A stretch of 40,665 bases of DNA from Microcystaceae cyanobacterium. Lineage in GTDB: Bacteria > Cyanobacteriota > Cyanobacteriia > Cyanobacteriales > Microcystaceae. The DNA is taken from positions 1 through 40,665 of the forward strand of contig JBGTGT010000118.1 in the NCBI GenBank assembly GCA_041746575.1. Reading direction: 5' to 3'. The notes beneath the pieces were generated by a model. That model did not search any database. It was not told the origin of the DNA and worked only from the letters and a program-made list of their open reading frames with translations. Within the stretch, counting starts at the first letter, position 1, and the number at the start of each line of letters is the position of its first letter. Both the position numbers and the translations under genes were made by a program. Below are positions 18,285 through 28,142 of this stretch, one piece after another.

Positions 18285-19955
18285 ATGGAAACCTTCGATA
18301 TTATCATCATCGGGGCAGGACATAACGGTCTTGTTTGTGCTGCTTACTTGCTCAAAGCAGGCTATCAGGTTTTATTATTAGAAAAACGGTCAGTACCCGG
18401 AGGGGCGGCAACCACAGAAGAGGCGATGCCAGAAGAAGCCCCCAATTTTAAGTTTAATCTTTGTGCCATTGACCACGAATTTATTCATCTGAGCCCCGTT
18501 GTTGAGGAATTAGACCTTAAACGGTACGGTTTAGACTATCTTTACTGTGACCCTGTTGTCTTTTGTCCTCATCCCGACGGACGCTATTTTTTAGGGCGTC
18601 GCTCAGTGGAAGAAACGTGTCGTGAGATTGCTCAATTTAATCCTCAAGAAGCCGAACGGTATCGAAAATTTATTCATTATTGGCAGCAAGTTATTAACGC
18701 GCTAGTACCCATTTTTAATGCGCCACCGCAGTCTATTTTTAATATTCTTCGTAACTATAATATTGAAGCGATCAAAGATTTATTAAAGTTAGTGGGGACT
18801 CCTTACAAAGCGTTAGATTTCCTACGAACGATGCTCACCAGTGCAGAGGATTTGCTGGATGAATGGTTTACTGAACCTTGGTTAAAAGCCCCTTTAGCGC
18901 GCTTAGCGGCTGAATTAGGGATGTCTCCCTCCCAAAAGAATTTAGCCATTGGTGCAATGATGATGGCACTACGGCATCACCCCGGTATGGCACGTCCTAG
19001 AGGGGGTACGGGTGCATTGGTGGAAGCGTTGTTGAAACGAATCAGGCAAGAAGGAGGAGTCGTCTTAACAGAGCAAACGGTAGAGCGAGTCCTAGTGGAT
19101 AACGGAAAAGCGGTAGGGGTGAGAGTATCAGGCGGTAAAGAATACCGTGCTAAATCCGCAGTTATTTCTAATATTGATGCTAAACGGTTATTTTTGAACT
19201 TAGTAGATGCCAGTGATGTCGATAGGGTTGATGGGAATTTACGTCAGCGACTGGATAAACGCATTATCAATAATAATGAAAGTCTCCTCAAAATTGACTG
19301 TGCGTTGGCTGAACCTTTAAGATTTGATAACTATCACCATCAAGATGATTATTTAATTGGGTCTGTTTTAATCGCGGATTCGGTTGAACAGGTGGAAACA
19401 GCGCACCATGAGGCGGCTAGAGGTCGAATTCCCGATCAAGATCCCTCTCTTTATGTCGTCATGCCCACCCAATTAGATCCCTCCATGGCACCTGAAGGTA
19501 AACATACCTTGTGGATTGAATTTTTTGCCCCCTATCAAATTGCAGGCGCAGAGGGAACAGGATTAAATGGGACAGGATGGACGGATGCCTTAAAAAATCA
19601 AGTTGCAGATCGAGTTTTGGCAAAATTAGCTGATTATTCTCCTAATTTGAATCATTCTGTTATCGCCCGTCGAGTTGAAAGTCCCGCCGAATTAGGACAA
19701 CGATTGGGGGCTTATCGAGGTAACTATTATCATGTAGATATGTCCCTTGAACAGATGGTTTTTTTACGTCCTTTACCAGAAATTGCCAATTATCAAACTC
19801 CCATTGCTGGATTATTCCTGACAGGTGCCGGCACTCATCCTGGTGGCTCAATTTCAGGGATGCCAGGTCGTAATTGCGCTCATGTTTTCTTAGAATCACA
19901 ACGAGGGATTTCAAAGATGCTCAAAGATTTCCGAAATTCGGTGACTAACCCCTAA
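18285..19955 (+). CDS. crtO: Beta-carotene ketolase CrtO
   Basis: GAGHNGL FAD site, CAIDHEFIH, GTGWTD and GAGTHPGGSISGMPGRNCA, as recalled for cyanobacterial CrtO. Confidence 0.88.
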   Translation: METFDIIIIGAGHNGLVCAAYLLKAGYQVLLLEKRSVPGGAATTEEAMPEEAPNFKFNLCAIDHEFIHLSPVVEELDLKRYGLDYLYCDPVVFCPHPDGRYFLGRRSVEETCREIAQFNPQEAERYRKFIHYWQQVINALVPIFNAPPQSIFNILRNYNIEAIKDLLKLVGTPYKALDFLRTMLTSAEDLLDEWFTEPWLKAPLARLAAELGMSPSQKNLAIGAMMMALRHHPGMARPRGGTGALVEALLKRIRQEGGVVLTEQTVERVLVDNGKAVGVRVSGGKEYRAKSAVISNIDAKRLFLNLVDASDVDRVDGNLRQRLDKRIINNNESLLKIDCALAEPLRFDNYHHQDDYLIGSVLIADSVEQVETAHHEAARGRIPDQDPSLYVVMPTQLDPSMAPEGKHTLWIEFFAPYQIAGAEGTGLNGTGWTDALKNQVADRVLAKLADYSPNLNHSVIARRVESPAELGQRLGAYRGNYYHVDMSLEQMVFLRPLPEIANYQTPIAGLFLTGAGTHPGGSISGMPGRNCAHVFLESQRGISKMLKDFRNSVTNP

Positions 19956-20298
19956 AAGAGGACTTGATAGGCGAGGTACAAAGACTTTGCTTTTGGGAAA
20001 TTGGGGAGAATTCTAAAATGCACCTTATATTACAAAAATATTTAAAAGATAATTCGTTTTAATTTTTATATGAGAAAAAAAGGGGTAGGAGATTTAGCTG
20101 GCGTCTAATCAAGTCGTTCGGGTAATAAGGATAGAATTCTTAATCCCATTGACGATAAACAGAGGCTAATATAACCTCAGTCTGCTTAACCAGAACTCAG
20201 GTTAATATATATTTATCAGATTGAAACGCGCATTACGGAAAATAAACATTTTTCCTCTCTCAATTAAAATATTATTAGAAATAACACAATATAGCACC

Positions 20299-21030
20299 AT
20301 GACGCTCGCTCAACCCTTATCTTCTACCGATACAGACCAAAACCATGAGATAATCTTTCCTCAAGGAGAATTTTGGAGTGACGAACCCCCATTGGAAAGT
20401 AATTTACATCTGCGACAGATTTTATTATTAATTGAATGTTTAGAATGGCTATGGCAAGATAAAGACGATTACTTTGCAACAGGAAATCTAAGCATATACT
20501 ATAGTCCAAATCAGAAAAAATCTGAATATTTTCGCGGTCCTGATTTTTTTGTGGTATTGGGAACAACTCGAAATCAAAATCGTAGAAGTTGGGTTGTCTG
20601 GCAAGAAGACGGGAAATATCCTAATGTCATTATTGAAATTCTCTCAGAGAGTACTGCCAAGGTGGATAGGGAAGAAAAAAAACAAATTTATCAAGATATA
20701 TTCCGTACCCCTGACTATTTCTGGTTTGACCCTGAAAGCTTAGAATTTAAAGGATTTACCCTAATCAGTGGAAAATATGAACCCATTGAAGCCAATGAAC
20801 AAGGATGGTTATGGAGCAAACAATTAGGACTTTATTTAGGAATCGCTAAAAATCAGTTACGCTATTTTCAGGAGGACGGGATGATCGTTCCTACTCCACA
20901 AGAGTCATCAATTCAAGCAGAAAGTAGAGCGACAGCGGCAGAAAGTAGAGCGATTCAAGCGCGGGAAAAAACAGAAAAATTAGCCGCCCAATTAAGGGAA
21001 TTAGGTATTAATCCCGATGACACGCTGTGA
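20299..21030 (+). CDS. Uma2 (DUF820) family PD-(D/E)XK protein
   Basis: DEPPLES..H, GPDFFVV, PNVIIEILS, and coiled tail ending LRELGINPD. Confidence 0.93.
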   Translation: MTLAQPLSSTDTDQNHEIIFPQGEFWSDEPPLESNLHLRQILLLIECLEWLWQDKDDYFATGNLSIYYSPNQKKSEYFRGPDFFVVLGTTRNQNRRSWVVWQEDGKYPNVIIEILSESTAKVDREEKKQIYQDIFRTPDYFWFDPESLEFKGFTLISGKYEPIEANEQGWLWSKQLGLYLGIAKNQLRYFQEDGMIVPTPQESSIQAESRATAAESRAIQAREKTEKLAAQLRELGINPDDTL

Positions 21031-21141
21031 AAACAAAAAGCCACTTCCCTCATAAATTCTCAAATTGGCAGAAAAAATCACAAAAAATAAAGGAATAATC
21101 CAGAAAACTTTCTTTGGAATGATAATATAGGAACGAATTTT

Positions 21142-22242
21142 ATGCAACGAGTTTTAATTATCGGTGGTTGTGGGCGCATTGGCAGAAACATTGCCAAGGA
21201 TATCTTGGCGCATACCGACGCTGAAGTGACGATTACAGGACGCAATTCGCACTTAGCAGAAGCTGCCCTAGAACAACTCGGCTCTAAGGTACAGTTTCAA
21301 GTACTAGATTTGTCTAACCCAGAACAGCTAAACGCCGCCGTAGCCAAAGCAGATTTAGTGGTTCATTCGGCAGGGCCTTTTCATCATCGCGAGGCGAAGG
21401 TTCTCCGCACTTGTATTGAACAAGGAGTAAATTATACGGATGTCAGTGATGAGCGACATTTTACTCAAAAAGCGTTAGCCTTACATGCCGCCGCGGAAAA
21501 ATCAGGAATAACAGCCATTATCAACACGGGGGTATTTCCGGGCATTTCTAACAGTATGGTGCGTCAAGGGGTAGAAAAGCTCGATCAAGCGGATGCGATT
21601 CAACTTAGTTACATTGTGGCCGGTTCGGGTGGGGCAGGGGTAACCGTGATGCGGACAACTTTTATCGGTTTGCAACGTCCCTTTGAGGCGTGGTTAAATG
21701 GAACTTGGCAGTCAATTGTGCCTTACACCGAAAGAGAAACCTTGGACTTCCCGCAACCCTATGGACGAGGGAATGTCTATTGGTACGATATGCCTGAAGC
21801 GTTCACTTTACAGCAGTCTTTTCCCGTTAATAGCGTCATTACGAAGTTTGGCGTTGTGCCTGATTTTTATAACCATGCCACTTGGATGATGGCACACTTG
21901 CTTCCTTCTACGGTATTACAAAGTGGAAAAACGGTGGAATTTCTCGCTCGAATTAGCCATTTAATGACCCAAATCAGCGATCGCTTTACAGGGACGGGGG
22001 TGGCCATGCGTTGTGATATTCAAGGGCAAAAATCGGGCGATTCTGTCCATTATCTCAGTACCTTCGTGCATGAAAGTGCCGCAGTAGCCACCGGACTCGG
22101 AACAGGTAGCATTGCTGAACTCATCCTTAAGGGGAAACTAAAACGCCCCGGTGTTCATCCGATTGAACAAGCCTTATCGACCGATTTGTTTGAGGAAACG
22201 ATCAACACTCGCCATTTACAGATTAACGTGGGTTCAGTTTAA
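21142..22242 (+). CDS. Saccharopine dehydrogenase-like NAD(P)-dependent oxidoreductase
   Basis: GGCGRIG Rossmann motif, AGPF, YTDV and GVFPGISN. Confidence 0.88.
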   Translation: MQRVLIIGGCGRIGRNIAKDILAHTDAEVTITGRNSHLAEAALEQLGSKVQFQVLDLSNPEQLNAAVAKADLVVHSAGPFHHREAKVLRTCIEQGVNYTDVSDERHFTQKALALHAAAEKSGITAIINTGVFPGISNSMVRQGVEKLDQADAIQLSYIVAGSGGAGVTVMRTTFIGLQRPFEAWLNGTWQSIVPYTERETLDFPQPYGRGNVYWYDMPEAFTLQQSFPVNSVITKFGVVPDFYNHATWMMAHLLPSTVLQSGKTVEFLARISHLMTQISDRFTGTGVAMRCDIQGQKSGDSVHYLSTFVHESAAVATGLGTGSIAELILKGKLKRPGVHPIEQALSTDLFEETINTRHLQINVGSV

Positions 22243-22286
22243 GCGGTTAGAAGACAGCAATGCTGGATAACGGTTTCCCAATTAGA

Positions 22287-22736
22287 TCAATTGTTGGGGG
22301 CTACGACTCGAACATCTACCTTAACTGCCTTAACGCCTTTAATTTCTTTGGCTAATGGCTCAATGCTCGAATACTCTTTTTGATCGGGTACTGTCCCACT
22401 AATGCTGACAGTCCCTTCATTCGCTTCAACCACTAACTGGCTTCTGGGAATATTCGCCTCTAACTTCGCTCGCACTTCGCTTTCTAAGTCAGCATCCGCT
22501 CTTTTAAGCTGATCGCCAAACCATTGATTGCGTTCCTCCCGCGCTCGAATATCAGAATTAAGTTGCTCTTGACGAATTGGGTTGTTTGCGTCTTCTTTAG
22601 TGGCTTCTACCTGTTGCGGGGTGTCAACCTTTCCACCGACATCCAATGGGGCATCAGCACTGGTTCGTGAACTGCCACAGGCGACTGTTCCTAGCAGTAA
22701 AGCACTCCCAATAAGCCATAATTTTAGCGTTTTCAT
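22287..22736 (-). CDS. BON-domain lipoprotein
   Basis: ATG 22736 with GAGG upstream, TVAC lipobox, and C-terminal BON domain. Confidence 0.88.
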   Translation of the reverse strand: MKTLKLWLIGSALLLGTVACGSSRTSADAPLDVGGKVDTPQQVEATKEDANNPIRQEQLNSDIRAREERNQWFGDQLKRADADLESEVRAKLEANIPRSQLVVEANEGTVSISGTVPDQKEYSSIEPLAKEIKGVKAVKVDVRVVAPNN

Positions 22737-22785
22737 GTCTATATTCCTCGATTTGTGATTTGCGATAAATTTTAATAAGGGGAGC

Positions 22786-23448
22786 TTATTTTGTTCTCGA
22801 TGTTTCATCTCGATGATCTACAACGACGACCATCGGGGTCTCCGCAACTGCATTCACCTCAGAAGGATTGGCGGAAGCAGATGAGGGAATTGAATTAATT
22901 GCCCATTCTTGAATCCCGTGATCCTTAAGAATTCTGGCTGCTGTCTGGAGCGATCTTTCGTCTCCATCCACAATGACTAAATATTCACCGCGGGAAATGC
23001 GTTCGCTATAGATTCTTGCTTGTTCTTCGGGAATGCCCAGACCGATTAAAGCACCGATCAAACTACCCGCCGCCGCTCCAATTGCCGTTCCTGCTAATGT
23101 AGTGACAAGCGTCGTAGCCGCTGCACCAGCCAACAAAACGGGGCCAATTCCGGGAATAGCAAGTGTCCCTAAGCCCACAAACAGGCCGGTAATCGCTCCT
23201 AATGCCCCTCCTGTGGCGGCACCCGTGGCAGCTCCTTCGTCCGCTTTATTACCCACTTGATCGGGATGTACCTGACGGACTTGTCCATCATCCCTATCGG
23301 ACAACTGGTCATTATCCTTGACGATTACGGAGACATCGTCCATATTAATACCGGCATTTCTTAACGCTTCGATGGCTCGTTGGGTTTCGGCTTGAGTGGT
23401 AAAGATACCCGTGGCACGATGATGATAATGATGGGAAATGTTAGTCAC
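22786..23448 (-). CDS. General stress protein (YflT/17M-like, glycine zipper)
   Basis: GAATGAATGG..IPGIGP..GLGIPEE motif. Confidence 0.88.
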   Translation of the reverse strand: MTNISHHYHHRATGIFTTQAETQRAIEALRNAGINMDDVSVIVKDNDQLSDRDDGQVRQVHPDQVGNKADEGAATGAATGGALGAITGLFVGLGTLAIPGIGPVLLAGAAATTLVTTLAGTAIGAAAGSLIGALIGLGIPEEQARIYSERISRGEYLVIVDGDERSLQTAARILKDHGIQEWAINSIPSSASANPSEVNAVAETPMVVVVDHRDETSRTK

Positions 23449-23891
23449 AATTTTTTGCCTCTTAATTTAACTTTTGATTGATCAAATTTTTTTTTATAAG
23501 CGTAAAGCTTAAAGGGTCATCTAAAAACTTAATCCAATTAATGATTTTTCCCTTTTTCTAGTATGTCAAATTTACCCCTAACTGTCCTCAGTCTAAAGCT
23601 ATAAAATTAAACTATCTAACGTCATACTCTATTAGATAGAGTTAAAATTCTTGTTTTTTCTTTCCCATGAAAGATACGGATTCTAAGAAATTATTTTTTT
23701 ATTTATAAAAAGAAATTTATCTTAATAAAACTTAACGTTTTTATCTTATATGAATTCCCATGACGGCTATGACTTAAATTCTATTACTATATTACTTTTG
23801 ACTGAAACTAAATCATGCCACAAGTAGAGGCAATCAGTCAAATTTTTTTGGAAAATAGAAAGGTAGCAAACTTGAATAGGATTAACAAGCC

Positions 23892-24743
23892 ATGGCTTTA
23901 GTAAAAATCAGAGACTACAACTCTAATTATAAAGACGATATCTTTGACGGCAATGACATCAACAGTTATGCAGTTTACGAAGATGTTAACGACGAAAAAG
24001 TGGGATCGGTAGACGATATTTTAGTGGATGAAACAGGTCGCCTGCGCTACTTTGTCATTGACACGGGATTCTGGATTTTTGGCAAAAAAGTCTTACTGCC
24101 TGTAGGTCGCACTCAAATAGACTACAATCGAGACCGAATTTACGCGGTCGGCTTTACCAAAGAGCAAGCGGAAAACTTGCCTAGATACGATAGCGACACG
24201 GTAATAGATTACGATTACGAAGAACGAGTCCGAGGAAGTTACCGCCCCTCTAATTATCGGCAAACCACTCCTTATACTCGCAATGATTACAGCTACGACT
24301 ACGACCCCGACTTATATAACATTCGCCAAAAAGAACACGGAGTCATTAAACTTTACGAAGAGCGATTAGTTGCTAATAAAGGGGTTCATAAAGTAGGCGA
24401 TGTGACCGTCAGTAAAAAAGTTGAAACAGAAACCGCTCGTGCTTCTGTCCCAATTGAAAAAGAACGGGTTGTCATAGAACGACGCACCCCCAGTCAAACT
24501 CAAGCTGTTTCTCCAGGAGATGCCACTTTCCAAGAAGGAGAAGTCGCCAGAATGGAGGTTTACGAAGAGAGTGCTGACATTCACAAGCAAGCCTTTGTTC
24601 GCGAAGAAGTGAATGTTAAGAAAACGATAGAACAGGATACGGTAACAGCAGAAGAAACTTTACGACGCGAAGAGTTAGAGGTTGATGCTAACGGCAAACC
24701 CGTCATAGATCATAACCGAAATCGAACCCCTCGTAATCGCTAA
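23892..24743 (+). CDS. PRC-barrel plus DUF2382 (YsnF/AvaK) protein
   Basis: VGSVDDILVD..RYFVIDTGFWIFGKKVLLP, plus LYEERL and REEL repeats. Confidence 0.92.
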   Translation: MALVKIRDYNSNYKDDIFDGNDINSYAVYEDVNDEKVGSVDDILVDETGRLRYFVIDTGFWIFGKKVLLPVGRTQIDYNRDRIYAVGFTKEQAENLPRYDSDTVIDYDYEERVRGSYRPSNYRQTTPYTRNDYSYDYDPDLYNIRQKEHGVIKLYEERLVANKGVHKVGDVTVSKKVETETARASVPIEKERVVIERRTPSQTQAVSPGDATFQEGEVARMEVYEESADIHKQAFVREEVNVKKTIEQDTVTAEETLRREELEVDANGKPVIDHNRNRTPRNR

Positions 24744-24924
24744 ATCTAAATTTTTTCGTTTTTCCAACTTTCTTTAATTTGGGCGACGTGAATCGAATTC
24801 GACAAGCGTAAACCTCAATTAAGGGAACAAGGGGGATAGGGAAAACGCCGGTTATACCCTCGTTTATCCCTTCCTCTTTAATCGTTTTTATATCCCAAAA
24901 TTTTTATCCCCATTAAACAAAGCA

Positions 24925-25359
24925 ATGAATGCTAAAGAATCAGAAATTACCGTTAATTTATGGCAAGAAAAATTAGTCACTGCTTACAATAAACGCAAAA
25001 TTGGCGAGGTTGTGGTTCGTAAGGAAGTGACGACACGCTGGCTTGAAGTGCAAGTCCCCCTTCGACGGGAAAAAATCATCGTAGAACAAGTTGCACCAGA
25101 ATATAAAATCTTGGCTGAAATTGAGTTAGACAGTCAACCCGAAAATGAAAAAATGGTGGACGAAGGACAAGAAAAAAGCAGGGTGCAACCCCTCTGTAAA
25201 GGTGAATTTATATCACCTAAAACCGCTAGCGATTGGTTAGCAGCGATCGCTGAAGATCCTTCAAATGAATGCAAACGGGTGCGAGTAGAAATTCTGCTGG
25301 AAGATACTCACAAACAAGAATTCTATCAAGCAACGTTTGATGAGAGACGGGTTCAATAA
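24925..25359 (+). CDS. DUF2382-domain protein
   Basis: KRKIGEVVVRKEV..VPLRREK motif. Confidence 0.85.
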   Translation: MNAKESEITVNLWQEKLVTAYNKRKIGEVVVRKEVTTRWLEVQVPLRREKIIVEQVAPEYKILAEIELDSQPENEKMVDEGQEKSRVQPLCKGEFISPKTASDWLAAIAEDPSNECKRVRVEILLEDTHKQEFYQATFDERRVQ

Positions 25360-25420
25360 ATAAGATTGAGATAATAATAATAACGATTTGATTTTCCTAA
25401 ATATAAATATTAATTAAATC

Positions 25421-25446
25421 GGGTGGGCTTTACTCCCCCACCCTAC
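25421..25446. repeat. REP-like hairpin GGGTGGG..CCCACCC-TAC between convergent genes
   Basis: 7-bp GC stem followed by TAC (GTAG on the minus strand). Confidence 0.6.
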
Positions 25447-25454
25447 TCACTGTT

Positions 25455-25664
25455 TTAATTCTCTCGGTAGTTCGCATCGAGCCAGCATTGCGGTAGCGGT
25501 TCACCTGACGGAAAGATTAATTGACTTTTAGCAAAAGATTCAGGAGGTTGCTCTTCTTCCCCTGTTTGCCGACGACCTTGAATCGTCGCTTGATTAGGAT
25601 CAAATAAATGTTTAGGATCACTGATTTTAATGAGAGAATCGCTTTGAGTATCTTGTAGAAACAT
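25455..25664 (-). CDS. Small conserved cyanobacterial protein (69 aa)
   Basis: GEEEQPP..LIFPSGEPLPQCW motif. The upstream extension runs through a hairpin repeat and is unlikely to be coding. Confidence 0.8.
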   Translation of the reverse strand: MFLQDTQSDSLIKISDPKHLFDPNQATIQGRRQTGEEEQPPESFAKSQLIFPSGEPLPQCWLDANYREN

Positions 25665-25769
25665 GGTTATTTTTCGATTGTACTTGAATTTGTGGAGATT
25701 ACCCCCGCCCCCTTCTTTCAAGAAAGGAGAAAGGGGTATAGACCAAACTAAAATTTGCTCTAAAAATAA

Positions 25770-26216
25770 TTAGGGTTTTGTGGTATATTGAGCCGCATCA
25801 TTGGCTTGATCAATGGCTTCTCCAATATTTTCTTTTAGATTTCTTAATCCTTTTTGGGTCTTGTCAGGAGTATTTTTGACAGCATTTTGTGCCGATTTTC
25901 CAAGGTTGTCAGCGGTTCGCTTTGCTGATTTACCCAAGTCTTTTGCTTGTTCCGTCAGGGGTTTATCTGGGGTAACCTCGTTAAGATAATCTTGAGTATT
26001 TCGCACTTTTTGGTTATTGCGGTCAGCTTGTCGAATTAAATGCTCTACCTTGCCATCAGTTGCTGGGTTAGTGGTGCTATTACTCGTGTAAGGTGTTGCG
26101 GCATCTGTTCTGCCACAGGCAGTGGTGACCAGAATCATCATACCTGCTAGAAAAATCACTAGCAATTGTCGCCCAGAAATAGAAAGGTTTTGGAAAAACT
26201 GTTTAATGGTCTTCAT
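25770..26216 (-). CDS. LEA/CsbD-like hydrophilic lipoprotein
   Basis: TTAC lipobox and 11-mer-like K/A/D-rich helical repeats (DLGKSAK/NLGKSAQ). Confidence 0.78.
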   Translation of the reverse strand: MKTIKQFFQNLSISGRQLLVIFLAGMMILVTTACGRTDAATPYTSNSTTNPATDGKVEHLIRQADRNNQKVRNTQDYLNEVTPDKPLTEQAKDLGKSAKRTADNLGKSAQNAVKNTPDKTQKGLRNLKENIGEAIDQANDAAQYTTKP

Positions 26217-26664
26217 AAGATCCTCGATAGTAGAACTGTCAATATGATGTATTTACTGTTTGTCCTGTTTTAAAGATACTTGAATAGACTATTGCTTGAC
26301 TTCTACCCTTTGAATTGTTTTATTTCTATCAGAAGATACAAAAGACTGAATCGTTGTAATTAGAACGGACTAAATAGGACTAATCTGCTCGACTTAGGAA
26401 TTAGAATTTGCGTTTGATTTGCTTTTTTTATCTCAACTTAACTCGTCAAAAAATCTAACTTTTGATTCTTGTCAAATCAAAATCATGCTCGAAAAATATC
26501 CATAATGGCATTACAGCCCATTGCAGGTTATACGCACAACCCTCTAAGAGCCGAACAGTAACGCTAATCAATCTTTGAGGCTTTAAACCGTATTGTATGC
26601 CGCGAAGTTGCAAAGAAAAGGTCAGTAAAACAGGAAACCCTTACACAACAAATCATTAAGTTAA

Positions 26665-26718
26665 ACCCGACAAAAAAAGTCGGGTATTTTTGACCCTGCA
26701 TTGACACCGTGTTAGTAT
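26665..26718 (+). promoter_or_regulatory. Palindromic operator (Rrf2/IscR type-1-like) and sigma70 promoter of the ThrC-like operon
   Basis: ACCCGAC-A7-GTCGGGT (26665-26685), then TTGACC (26690)-N17-TAGTAT (26713). Confidence 0.7.
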
Positions 26719-26754
26719 CGTTTTAACGATGACGGAAAAAACGAGGAAACTGAG

Positions 26755-28071
26755 ATGACTCAAGCGATTGATCGCCCCACCCAACAGCAAGCAAAGACCT
26801 TTACCCCCACCTTCACCAAACTGGTGTCCAAAGAAGGAGGAACCGAATACCCTCTAAAAGCGTTGCACATCTGCGAAGAAACCTTTGCCCCTCTTGAAGT
26901 AGCCTACGATTACGATGCCATCCGTCGCCAAGTCAGCCGAGAAAGTATTGCGGCAGGTCCAAATTCGATCTGGCGTTATCGTGCTTTTTTACCCGTAGAA
27001 AGCCAAAATCCGATTGATGTCGGTACAGGCATGACCCCCCTTGTTAAATCGCATCGTTTAGCCCGTCGTCTTGGACTTAAGAATCTTTATATTAAAAATG
27101 ATGCCGTCAATATGCCCACCCTGAGCTTCAAAGATCGGGTGGTATCAGTGGCGTTAACCCGCGCCAAAGAGTTAGGATTCACCACCGTATCCTGCGCCAG
27201 CACTGGAAATCTCGCTAATTCAACCGCCGCGATCGCCGCCCATGCGGGGTTAGATTGTTGTGTATTTATCCCTGCGGACTTAGAAAAGGGCAAAATTTTA
27301 GGAACGTTAATTTATAATCCCACTTTAATGGCAGTTAAGGGTAATTACGACCAAGTAAACCGTCTTTGTTCAGAAGTCGGCAACACATACGGTTGGGGAT
27401 TTGTCAACATTAACCTTCGTCCTTATTATTCTGAAGGCTCAAAAACCCTTGGCTATGAAGTGGCAGAACAACTCGGCTGGAAACTACCCGATCATATCGT
27501 TGCGCCCTTAGCGTCGGGTTCACTTTACACCAAAATTCACAAAGGCTTCCAAGAATTCGTCAAAGTGGGCTTAGTCGAGGATAAACCTGTTCGTTTCAGT
27601 GGCGCACAAGCGGAAGGATGTTCTCCTATTGCCACCGCCTTTAAAGAAGGACGGGATTTTGTGACCCCTGTTAAACCGAATACAATTGCTAAATCGATTG
27701 CCATTGGCAATCCTGCTGATGGAGTTTATGCCCTTGAGATTGCTCGTAAAACAGGCGGAAATATCGAAAGCGTCAATGATACAGAGATAGTCGAAGGGAT
27801 TAAGCTTTTAGCCGAAACGGAAGGCATTTTCACGGAAACTGCAGGAGGAACAACCATTGCTGTCTTGAAAAAATTAGTCGAAGCTGGTAAAATTGATCCG
27901 GAAGAAACCACCGTGGTTTATATTACAGGCAATGGCTTAAAAACCCAAGAGGCGGTTCAAGGAGCGATCGCTGAACCCTTTATCATCGATGCGAATCTAG
28001 ATAGCTTTGAACGAGCATTAGAGCGTTCTCGTACCTTAGAGCGTTTAGAATGGAAGCAAACCCTTGTTTAA
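26755..28071 (+). CDS. thrC: Threonine synthase-family PLP enzyme
   Basis: PTLSFKDR, ASTGN, EGSKT and TGNGLK motifs. Confidence 0.9.
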   Translation: MTQAIDRPTQQQAKTFTPTFTKLVSKEGGTEYPLKALHICEETFAPLEVAYDYDAIRRQVSRESIAAGPNSIWRYRAFLPVESQNPIDVGTGMTPLVKSHRLARRLGLKNLYIKNDAVNMPTLSFKDRVVSVALTRAKELGFTTVSCASTGNLANSTAAIAAHAGLDCCVFIPADLEKGKILGTLIYNPTLMAVKGNYDQVNRLCSEVGNTYGWGFVNINLRPYYSEGSKTLGYEVAEQLGWKLPDHIVAPLASGSLYTKIHKGFQEFVKVGLVEDKPVRFSGAQAEGCSPIATAFKEGRDFVTPVKPNTIAKSIAIGNPADGVYALEIARKTGGNIESVNDTEIVEGIKLLAETEGIFTETAGGTTIAVLKKLVEAGKIDPEETTVVYITGNGLKTQEAVQGAIAEPFIIDANLDSFERALERSRTLERLEWKQTLV

Positions 28072-28142
28072 GGTTTAATTTAGCGTTTTGGGCCTAAACA
28101 TCCGCGCCCCTACAGATTACTTTATTACTTTTTACTGAATTT

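Noticed and set aside
20299..21030. Uma2 nuclease as a defence system
   Set aside because: Solitary member of a family highly expanded in cyanobacteria, with no methylase or partner genes.
25665..25740. N-terminal extension MKEGGGG of the small protein
   Set aside because: Derived from a CCCCTT..AAGGGG hairpin repeat. The ATG at 25664 fits better.
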